Part shown: positions 53,600 to 64,000 of the stretch, one piece after another
Layout of the letters: each line of letters opens with the position of its first letter
Position numbering within the stretch: position 1 is the first letter of the stretch
Notes under the pieces: generated by a model
What the model was told of the DNA's origin: nothing
What the model saw: the letters and a program-made list of their open reading frames with translations, nothing else
Databases searched by the model: none
Position numbers and translations under genes: made by a program
NCBI RefSeq assembly: GCF_006345805.1
Contig: NC_042998.1
Span: 87,668,001 to 87,732,000 of the forward strand
Direction of reading: 5' to 3'
DNA: 64,000 nucleotides
From: Octopus sinensis
Taxonomy: Eukaryota

Positions 53600-53801
53600 T
53601 ATAAATACAGTGTACATTTAAACACATAAGAGGTGACCAACATAGGAGACCTAGCATGCTAGAAGGAGTAGCCAAAAGTCAAACCACTATTAGGGATAAA
53701 TTTATCCCTAATAGTGGTTTGGATTTTGGCTACTTCTTCTAGTATTCTAGGTCTCCTATGTTGGTCACCTCTTATGTGTTTAAATGTACACTGTATTTAT
53801 A
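53600..53801. repeat. 202-bp spacer-less palindrome (MITE-like)
   Basis: 101-bp arms meet at 53700/53701, with 5 mismatches by my count. Confidence 0.92.
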
Positions 53802-53830
53802 CACACATATATTATTATTATTATTATTAT

Positions 53831-55548
53831 TCAGTAGTTTTATTTTTATAGCGTGCTTTCACTTCACTACCGAGCACAGCTCTGTGTGCCTTGGGTATGT
53901 GCTGTGATTTGTTGTGATGCTCTGATGGTTATTGTATGGAAAGTGTTCTGCGTAGGATGTGTGCAGTGTCTAGTAGTGCAATTTTCTGTATGTTATATGT
54001 GTTTGTAAGTCCTGGTGTTTTTGTTATGTATTTGTCTGAATATTTTTTTATCATGCCTAATGCACCTACTATGATAGGAATTGTTTCTGTTTTCAGATTC
54101 CACATTCTAGTTACCTCTATTTCCAGGTCTTTGTATTTTGAGAGTTTCTCCATTTCTTTTAGAGACACGTTGTCATCAGCCGGTATTGACACATCAATTA
54201 GAAAGCATTTTTTTTCTTCATGATCTCTGACAACTATATCTGGTCTGTTGGCCTTAATTTCTCTATCTGTGTGTATCGGCATATCCCAGAGTATGGTTGC
54301 TTTCTCGTTTTCTGTGACCTTTTCTGGTGTGTGCCTATACCATCTTTTTTCTGTTGTTATTCCATAATGTTGGCATAGCTTCCAATGTATGTAGGCTCCA
54401 ACTCTGTCATGTCTGTGAATATATTCCTTCTTAGCCAGGACTGGGCAGCTAGAGATAATATGATTTATTGTTCCTTGTCCATCTCCACATATTCTGCAGT
54501 TACTTGTAATATTTCTTTTCATTACATGTTTTTGGTAATTTCTGGTGGGGAGGCTTTGGTCTTGTGCTGCAATTAAAAATCCCTTTGTTTCTGCTTTGAG
54601 TCCTGAGCTTCTCAACCATTGCTGGGATTTTTCTTTGTCTATTTCTTTTGCGTTTAGTTTCGTCCAGTATTTACCATGAAGGGGCTTTTCTTGCCATCGT
54701 TTTATCATGGTTCGTTGCTGTTCTATTTTTAGTTTGGATTTCATTTGTTTTATAGCTTTTGTTGTTTCTTCATGTTCTTATTCTTCTTCATGTTTATTAG
54801 GTGGTATGATTTCTTGTTTGTATTTGTCAGCTTCCTTAAATACTGAGAACAGTTTTTTGTTTTGCTCGTGTTTTGCCGCTATCTGGATCAGGTTTCCTTC
54901 CTTCTGAAGTAGATATTTTTGCAGTCCTATGGTGGTTATTTTATAGTAGTTTTCCACCTGTATAAGGCCTCTACCACCTTCTATACGTGGTATATATAGT
55001 CTTTCTATGTCAGATTTTGGGTGATGCATCCTAGATCCTGTCAGTATTTTTCTTGTTTTCCTATCTATTTTGGACAGTTCATTTCGTGTCCAGTTAAGGA
55101 TATTGTAGCTGTAACTTATAACTGGGACAGCTAAAGTGTTGATACCTATTATCTGTTTTTAGCATTGAGCTCTGTTTTTAGTATTGATCTAACTCGTCTA
55201 TAATATTCTTTTTTTTATTTTCTCTTCATTTGTGTGTGTTGTGTCTTGTCTAGTTCATGGATTCCTAAGTATTTGTAAGTTTGGCTTTGGTCTAATTCTT
55301 TTATTTCATTGGTTTTATCTAGTGTGATGTTGTTACTCTTAACTAGTTTTCCTCTTTTCAGGGTTACTTTGGCGCATTTTTCTAATCCAAATTTCATATC
55401 TATTTCTTTGGTAAATCCATGAACTGTCTTTAATAGTGTTTCCAGATGTTTGTCATTTGCAGCGTATAGTTTTAGGTCATCCATATATAAAAGGTGGCTG
55501 ATCGTTTTGCCGTAACATTTATATCCGCATCCAGTTCTATTTAGCATA

Positions 55549-55552
<4 letters not shown>
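53831..55552 (-). mobile_element. 5'-truncated R4/Dong LINE (element A), ATT repeats on both sides
   Basis: HLLYMDDLKLY (55215-55547); HPKSDIERLY (54778-55029); CRICG..TINHIISSC..RHD and RPDIVV..LIDVSIP (53929-54744). Confidence 0.92.
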
Positions 55553-55587
<35 letters not shown>

Positions 55588-55600
55588 TATTATTATTATT

Positions 55601-57152
55601 CTATGTTTGACTTTTGCTTTATATTTGTACAAGTTGGCTCCAAGTCACACCCAGAGACCTCAAGAGACAACAGGGTTGGAAGTTCATGTTGTTGTTATGC
55701 CTAGTGTGCCATATATTTGGGGGGTGGGGATGTTGTACTAATGAATGTCTAAAAAAAAAAAAGTTTTTTTTTTTTTTTTTTTTTAAACCGAAAATTATGG
55801 TTGTTTTAAACCTTGAGGTTACATAGAGAGTATTTTGCGTAGGATATGAGCAGTTCCCATGAGCACTATCTTTTGAACTTCTGCCATTTTTGGGTTTCCT
55901 GGTATCTGAGTTAGGTAGCTATCAGCCCCTTTTGCTATCATTCCCAGGGCACCTATGACAACAGGTATTGTTTTAGTCTTCAGCTTCCACATTTTGCTGA
56001 TTTCTATTTCAAGATCTTTATATTTGCTCAGTTTTTGGTAGGTCCTGACAGATACGTTATATCGATTGGGACAGTCATATCAATGAGGAGGCATGTTCTT
56101 TGTTTGAAGTCTTTCAATATGATGTCTGGCCTATTTGCATCTATCTTCCTGTCAGTTTGAATGGTGAAGTTCCAGAGGAGTGAGATGTGGTCATTTTCAA
56201 GCACTGGGGGTGGTTTGTGTTCCCACCAGTTTTTTCCATGGGGCAAATCCAGGTTTTTACAGATTACCCAGTGAATATATTGTGCAGCTCTATCGTGCCT
56301 GTTGAGATACTCTGTAGGCGCTAGAAGACTGCACTTGGAGACCACATGGTCAATGGTTTCATTTTGTTGCTTGCATACACGACACGTTGGACTGCTTCTG
56401 ATCTTTAATATGTTGGCCTGGTAGTTTCTTGTTGGTAGGCATTGATCTTGAGCTGCTATGATAAACCCCTCTGTTTCAGATTTTAAGCCAGAGGCCATTA
56501 GCCATTGATGGGTCAGGGCTTTGTCGATATCTGCATTATTCGCTCTCTTTGGGTATTTGCCATAGAGAGGTTTTTCTTGCCATTTATTATTCAGAATATC
56601 TAAGGCCGCAGTTTTGGCACGGGTTTTCATGCGCCTAGCTTTTTCTGTGCTTGTTTCTTGTATGTCTATCTCTAATTCCGAAATTGGTTGTATTCGGAAT
56701 TCACTTAGATATTCCTTTGCCTGTTTTGTGACTGAGTATGATGCTTTCTTGTTTTCATGTTTTGAGACAAGTTTTAACATCCAGTCCTCAGAGTTTTTCA
56801 GGTAGGTGTCTAGGCCAATTGTAGCAATCTTCATTGTTATTGCCAGTTGCAAAAGACCACGGCGTCCCTCTTTTCTTGGCAGATAGAGTCGTTCTGTATC
56901 TGCCTTAGGGTGGTGCATTCTATGCATTGTCAACAGTTTCCTTATTTTTCTGTCGAGCTGACATATTTCAGTAATTGACCAGTTAACAATATTGAAACTG
57001 TAAGTCACGACTGGTATAGCTAATGCATTGATTGCTTCGATCCTGTTTCTTGCATTCAGCTCTGTCTTGAGTATTGCTCTCACTCTTCGATAGCATTCTC
57101 TCCTGATCCTTTCCTTCATCTCTGAATGCCTTATTCCGTTCCCTTCAATTAC
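55601..57152 (-). mobile_element. 5'-truncated R4/Dong LINE (element B), ATT repeats on both sides
   Basis: ORF 56028-57257 (TELNARNRIEAIN, CRVC..ETIDHVVSKC..RHD, RPDIILKD..LIDMTVP); after a 1-nt frameshift the frame continues to TAA at 55819; 3' UTR distinct from element A. Confidence 0.92.
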
Positions 57153-58642
57153 ATTATTATTATTATTATTATTATTATCATCATTATTATTATTATCACT
57201 ATGATCGGTCAGATTGTTACAAACCATAGGTCTTGCATCTACTGTTGCACTTAGCAATGAGAAGATTCATTAGACATGGTGGCCAGAAGCACATAGCGCC
57301 TTTACCGAAGGAGATAAACATACAGTGTGGGGTAGTTTGGCCGTGAAAAAAAAAACGAAAAAATCACCATTCTCAAAGGGAAAGAAGCGTTGTGAGCCTC
57401 GTACGATGCCAGCTGTGGTCGAAGTGGTTCGGTTGTACCTGCTTTTTCTGTCATCTATTTTGCAAACGAGGAAAACAACGTTTCCAGAAAGAATTTCATG
57501 CCACGAACAGCTAAAACTGTCTGGATTTTGGCGACGGTTTATACAGACTCTACCACATCCCTTGCGCTTCATATATCAATACACCCTCCTGCCACCTTAC
57601 TATAGTGTTTAAAAACTTTGTAATGGTGTCATAAGAGAATTTCAGACCTGTCCTTAAATAAAGACATTTTTGACGCAGTGGTCCCTATTACACGGAAGCT
57701 CGGGCAGCCAGTGGGCTTAAGATCGCATCACTTATATGTCAGGGAGTTGACGTCGTAAAGTTCTCTGGTTTGTCCTATGCTTCTCGTTCAGCGTCAAAAT
57801 AAGATAAGCATTTCACACAGTATTGGAGATTATTCAATAGGCATAACTTAAGGGCCTACCTTCAAATCCCGTGCAGAGACAGAATATTCAATTTAGTTTA
57901 AAAGTAAGCACCCAGTTAGTGGTTGATGCAACAGTGAAGTCATAGAACACGAACCAGAAGTGGTGTCCAACTGCAGCAGCACATAGAGCGCACATGGAGA
58001 GTCTATTTAAGGCCAGGATAAATAACCCCAGGTCCTCTTTTAGGATCCCTGAGCAGCCCAACACTATAACATTAGTCAGCGATATATAGCGATCAAGAGA
58101 AAAGGATATTCCGCACAAAATTAACAGTCACCTGTTGGAACAACTTGGGCTATATTTCAACGGAAGCTGACAGTAAAACATTGCGTAGCCGATAGAACGA
58201 TGATACTAAATAATTCATACGTCTAGGTGCCTTCTTGAATTCAAAAGGGAAATTTTAGCTGATGTCCTTATAACAGAAAATTCATTTTGGAAACATGGTT
58301 TTCCCCGCTGCAGATTATAAAATGGAAAAAAACGAACGTAGGCGTAGCTGACGTTCTTCGATCTCAGGCAACTCTTCTTCCCTCTCAGAAAAGGAATTTT
58401 CCTTTCGTCTGTTTTTTGACTGTCAAATTGACGAAGTTACTTCCATCAGGAAAGAGACTATGTGCAGTACGTCTAATGAGTCATTTACATTGCCAAGAGC
58501 AATAAGTCATAACGAAGGATAAACTACTTGACTACATACAAGTATAACTGTTCATAATTTCTTTTAGAGTGAGCTATTTTTCTGATTTATAGACAAATAA
58601 AGGAAATATGAGTGCGTGTCTATGTATATATGTATATGTAAT

Positions 58643-58677
<35 letters not shown>

Positions 58678-58732
58678 CTGTCTGTCTGTCTATCTCTGTC
58701 TCTGTCTGTCTGTCTGCCTCTCTCTATATATA

Positions 58733-58781
<49 letters not shown>

Positions 58782-58960
58782 CCACTACACACATTTTCCC
58801 CTCCTTTTTTTTCTCTCCTTGTTTTTTCTGTGTCCCTTTCTGTAGAAGAGCATAGGCTCGAAACGTAAAAGACTTTTTTCTATTCCTGAGCGTTATACTG
58901 ATACATCTGTTTGTTTTGTACACCACCTGTCTTCGTCTTTTTTTTTTTTTTCGTAAACTC
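58782..58960 (+). mobile_element. Penelope-type terminal repeat fragment carrying a hammerhead-like motif
   Basis: Pyrimidine-rich run, then CTGTAGAAGAGCATAGGCTCGAAACGTAAAAG, then a T-rich tail. Confidence 0.5.
58836..58871 (+). ncRNA. Minimal type I hammerhead ribozyme-like motif (core CUGUAGA variant)
   Basis: Stem I CTTT/AAAG, core CTGTAGA, stem II GAGC-ATAG-GCTC, GAAAC, palindromic ACGT helix III, GUA cleavage triplet. Confidence 0.5.
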
Positions 58961-60224
58961 TCCCTATATATATATACACTAGACTAGACTACTTGTGACC
59001 CGTTGGGTCACTGGGAAATGGCTTTCCCAGCAACGGAGTTTTGTTTCGAGGGTTTTTCTTCTCCAGGTTATTTCGCATGCTTTCAGTGAATGTGACATCG
59101 AAATCACACGTAAACGTCTACTTCCCCCTACAAAGGAAAGATTTGGTTGCTATTTCTTGCACACCCTGCTACCACCTAGCAGGTATTTTGGGTCCTTTAT
59201 CGCAAATAGCTGTTACGTTGTAGTAGGGCGCGTGCTAGAAATAGTAGCCAAATCTTTGGAGGTGAGATATGTTCAATGCACTCGGAAAAAAAAACCCAAT
59301 GGAGAAACATTATTTCACAACGAGGTTACGAACATTTTTTTTACGAAATATTTACCGTATTGTTTACAGTCATATTCACTTTAAAATATTTTTAGATCTG
59401 CCAAAAAAATTTTTGTAACGGTATTCACTTGAAAATAATTATAAAAAAACATTAAAATGATGTATATTTAAAGAAAGCTAAAATATAAATACTAACTGTA
59501 CAAATAACTTATATTTTGAAATCACATTCACTTAAAAATATTTCTAAATGATTAAAATATTGTATTTAACAAAAGTGAAAATGTAAACATTTACTGTAAA
59601 AAAAACAAATCGTATTTTTTCGTTGTCAAATCACTCTCTAATCGAAAGGTGAGAGTTTCTTCCCTTTCAGGATGAAGTTATATTTGGAACATTTTCCCAT
59701 TATGCACCATTTTGGATATTTATACCTCCAAATCCGGAATATCACAATAACTATTGCTCCGATTTACGCAAGACCTGTTCTATTCTGTTATTATTCACAT
59801 TTCAGGGTAAACTTAATTCATAGTATTTTCCTATTATGCGCCAGTTTGGCTGAGTAACATTGCAAGCAAGCAAAATTCAAACTGACTTTTAATGTCATAT
59901 ATGCGCGCGCGTGTGTGCATGCATTTACATAGAAATATACATGTACATGTGTAAGTGTTAATGTAAATATATATGTATATTTGCATATATGTATATGTCT
60001 GTGTGTGTGTGTGTGTGCGTGTGCGTCTAACTATTTATTTATATGTATAAGAAACTTATACACTGATATTTCGAATGCTTATGTTTATGCCTATGTTTAT
60101 GCTTATGTTTCAAGTGGTTACATAAGAACTTATGTAGCCAGCTGAAATGTTATTACTCAATAACTTTTTACGAAGTTGCCACTTTCAGTAGTTGATGATG
60201 GTGATATCTGTCCATCTATCTATC

Positions 60225-60230
60225 TATCTT

Positions 60231-60315
<85 letters not shown>
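60225..60315. repeat. (TATC)n microsatellite
   Basis: Direct reading of the sequence. Confidence 0.95.
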
Positions 60316-60316
<1 letters not shown>

Positions 60317-60381
60317 AATTTATATGTATATGTATATATAAAAACACACACAAACACAAACACACAAACACACACACACAC

Positions 60382-60421
<40 letters not shown>

Positions 60422-60422
<1 letters not shown>

Positions 60423-60917
60423 ACAGTCTCTCCGCAGAATATATTAGACTTTGCAAGTCTTTAAAAAAACTCTGTAAGAGGTGTTGAAAGTGTTGTCCTT
60501 CAATACATAAGTTGACTCTTCTACACATGTTTTGAAATACATCTTGGAGAGTCTGACGTGCTATGGGCCGTGTGAAGGTTATGATTGCGTCTTTTAGCTC
60601 ATTAATGGCTTTCGAGCGATTCTTGTACACTGATTCTTTACTTGCTCCCCAGAAAAAAGGAAAGCCTAGCGGTGTGAAATCAGGTGATCTTGGTGGCCAA
60701 GGTCCCTTCGAAATAATCACCGAAAACTCTTGAAGTAGCGCCATTGAGATGCGCGAAGTATGTGCTGTAGCTCCATCTTGCTGAAAAGTATGCATTATTA
60801 ATCTCACTTTCAGTGAGTTGGCAAATAAATTGATTGAAAATATTTAATTTCTTTTTTACTGCCGAGTGAGCACTTCTCAGGCTGATTTCTGTTTCACTGC
60901 AGAGAGACTTTTTAAAC

Positions 60918-60925
<8 letters not shown>
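60422..60925 (-). mobile_element. Internally deleted IS630-Tc1-mariner element
   Basis: FQQDGATAHT...WPPRSPDFTPLGFPFFWG...VYKNR...FQHLL, upstream HTH remnant ETEISLRSAHSAVKKKL, and partial TIR similarity (AGTCTCTC.GCAG). Confidence 0.85.
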
Positions 60926-60963
<38 letters not shown>

Positions 60964-61454
60964 TGTTTGTATATATATATATATAATATATATATAATTC
61001 TATATTTATTTGTGTGTGTTTATGTATGTATTCATGCATATATACGTATGTAAATTTACTTACATATGTATATATGTATAATGTGTAAAAGTAAATGACT
61101 GGTTCGCTAGAAGCATTGAGAAATAAGTATTTAAAAAGATGCCACAATGCAAATGGAGCTACAAATAAATTATGCATATGCTGAATATCGTACTCCACGT
61201 TCGCGGGAATAATTGAACAGAATTACTTAGAGAAAGAAAATACGAATCTATCGTACATCGAACAACGTATAAGAATCACCAGGCCGTTTTGAGATAATGG
61301 GTATCGCAGTCGTCCAGTATACAACAGTGATGTGTTTCTATTCTTATGCACCATTCTGTTCACTTTTTCCGTTTTCAAATGTTATATTACTCAATATATG
61401 AAGAATATATTTATAACTTCAATCCATCCCTCTCATTGCATCGGTATTATATTA

Positions 61455-61514
61455 TACTATATTATATTATATATATCATGTATATATATATATATTATAT
61501 ATATATATTATATA

Positions 61515-61554
<40 letters not shown>

Positions 61555-61558
61555 TATA

Positions 61559-61596
<38 letters not shown>

Positions 61597-61620
61597 TATA
61601 TAAATGTATATAAATATATA
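61455..61620. repeat. Degenerate (TA)n microsatellite
   Basis: Direct reading of the sequence. Confidence 0.93.
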
Positions 61621-62333
61621 TATGTGTGTATACATATTCACACACACAGATATATATATATGAGACACAAACACTATTAATATCAAAATGTTAATATTTA
61701 TCCCATTTAAAGTGGATTTTGTGTAAGAACAGACAATACTGTGTTATTAACCATGAGAGAACCTTTCATATGGGCTTGTAGTGCAAAAGATCACTCGCGT
61801 TTATATCGCTAGCGGGAGATAATCGTGCAGCTACCGCCGATGGAGCTCCCAGATCACGTTACTTCAGCCTTGAAATAACAGCTAGAAATAACATTTATAA
61901 ATAAGGATAATATCGATATTTAAATATCAATATTATCCTTATTTATAAATTTATATAATTCGTCACTATATTCACTGCGGTGTATATTCTGACCTTATCG
62001 CGCTTATGAGGTGGTTGGCGAGCAATTTGAACTGGCCTTGTACATACGTGCATATATATGTATGTATGGACGTTCGTATATGTAAGTATAACGTGTGTTC
62101 TGTATATAATATTTGTATTTATGTACCCATCTGATATATTCAACTGACGAAGGCAGAGCTTATTTGAAGCAAAGCTAGAAATCCAGGATCTTGAACTATT
62201 CAGTAATATCTTTTTGCTAGTTTATTTTGTCTCTCTGTCTTATCTCATTCATGGTGCGATATGAACATTTAAGGTGGTTTTTAGAGTCAGGGATTTGACT
62301 GCTATTTCGGCATGGTGGTGTCTCTCAGATACC

Positions 62334-62388
<55 letters not shown>

Positions 62389-63091
62389 AAATAGCAACAA
62401 GGATATCCAGAGGTAATGCATTACGATCGTTTCACGCAACTCCCTTTATTTGAACAATGCAACCATTACATCAATTTGAATGCAGAGCAATCCTAAGCTG
62501 CACAAAGACATAGAGTTTAATTAAATTAAAACAGATGGACACATTAGTATAATTTTACTAAAATCTCAAAGAAGTTAAAGAGATAGACAAAGAACATACC
62601 TAGGACGTAAAAACGCTAAGTATTTTGTCCGGCGTGCTTAACGATTTTGCCAGCTCACCGCTTTTGTACATGTTATAATTAATAATTGCAGTGAAATTGA
62701 ACCTGAAACATCGTAATTTCGAAGCGAATCTCATAACAACTCAGCCACATCTGCTACTGTAATGAGTGTGTCAATAAATGACGCTTGATCTTTACATTTC
62801 GTTTGTTGTTAAAAGAAAACAAGTCACATAGCACTCAAACAAAAGTCAAACATTTCTTTCCTAAATCTGACTTTGAGATTTCACATCTTTTTTAATTGAT
62901 CCCACAAGAATAATTAATAATGACTTTCTTACAAAGAAATAGGTCTCATTTTTCAAATCAGGTGTGTACAAGTGTATTATATATATATATATATATATAT
63001 ATGACAAATAATTAAGATTCAGTTGAATTAGGTACTCAAACTGAGGGATCAAGCCAATTCGGTATAGCACGCGCAGCTCGAAGTTAGGTGA

Positions 63092-63155
<64 letters not shown>

Positions 63156-63374
63156 ATGTATGTATGTGTGTGTATGTATATGTATCTACGTATGTATGGA
63201 TAGACACACACCCACATACTATGTATATATATATATATATGTATACATACACATACGATCATTAGTTTAAGACTAGTGATTGCTCCATTATGTTGGACTG
63301 TTGTTTAAAATATTCCTGTTTTAAAACAAAAAATCTCGTTGAAATTATGAACTACCGATATCTTTTATATATTA

Positions 63375-63585
63375 CGAGTTTCAGTCATTTGATTGCCGCC
63401 ATGCAGGGGCACCGGCTTGAAGGGTTCTTTGTCGAACAAATCGACTCCAGACCTTTTTAAAACCTAGTACTTATTCTATCGATCTTTTTGTCGAAACGCT
63501 ACGTTATGGGGACACTGCTATGCAGTGGGACTGAAACTGGAATCACGTGGCTGAGAAGAAAGCATCTTACCACACAGCCATTTAA
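63375..63585 (-). mobile_element. Family A SINE with internal deletion
   Basis: TTTCAGTCATTTGA...GCAGTGGGACTGAA...TTACCACACAGCCA. Confidence 0.7.
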
Positions 63586-63819
63586 TTTTGCGAAGATATG
63601 AATATGTAAATTTGGTTTATCATAGAAACCTGAAGCCTTGTATTTATGTAAGAAATATTTTGAAATTAAAATTGTTGGTCTTTTGAAAGTTAATATCTTG
63701 CCTATTTTTTCCCTTGGAAGAAACATGGCCAGGTAATCTAAAAATATTTTTCTGTGTATTGAAGTTAATTATTTAGCAAGTTAATTATTTACTTAGAAGT
63801 AATATGAACTACATTATAT

Positions 63820-64000
63820 CGATTTCAAATTTTGGCACAAGGCTAGCAATTTCAGAGAAGTGGTTTAGTCAATTACATCGACCCCAGTGCTCGATAAAAA
63901 TCGACCTCAAAAAGATGAAAGGTAGAAATGACCTCAGTGGAACTTGAACTCGGACGAACGAAATGCCACTAGGCATTTTGCCCTGTATCAACGATTCTAC
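63820..64000 (-). mobile_element. Family D SINE, truncated by the window end
   Basis: Reverse complement of the GTAGAATCGTT...AAAATGCCTAGTGGCATTTCGTTCGTCCGAGTTCAAG head. Confidence 0.7.

Noticed and set aside
57270-58150. Possible ancient Tx1-like RT remnant or host exon
   Set aside because: Similarity to the 17-22 kb element is faint and the ORFs have no recognisable motifs.

Overview
Eukaryotic, AT-rich, microsatellite-dense DNA made almost entirely of transposon-derived sequence. The SINE and repeat repertoire and the (TA)/(CA)/(TAA)/(TATC) load resemble an Octopus-type cephalopod genome; this is recognised from repeat motifs, not from a database search. No host gene could be supported, and most short ORFs in the track are microsatellite read-outs. 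Contents: (i) a full-length but disabled Tx1-clade (L1 group) LINE at 17425-22823 (-), bracketed by a ~120-bp direct duplication of a compound GA microsatellite; (ii) at least six R4/Dong-type RLE LINE pieces (696-4520, 5075-5700, 14640-15830, 29059-29560, 53831-55552, 55601-57152), most abutting (TAA)n tracts, including a head-to-tail stack of two; (iii) three copies of a ~580-bp non-coding element, each with a terminal tandem duplication of different length; (iv) a complete Buster/Charlie-type hAT transposon (48668-51674) with TIRs and an 8-bp TSD; (v) mariner, Tc1-like, Tigger and Penelope remnants, a minimal hammerhead-ribozyme-like motif, many tRNA-derived SINEs, and several foldback elements including a 202-bp spacer-less palindrome.
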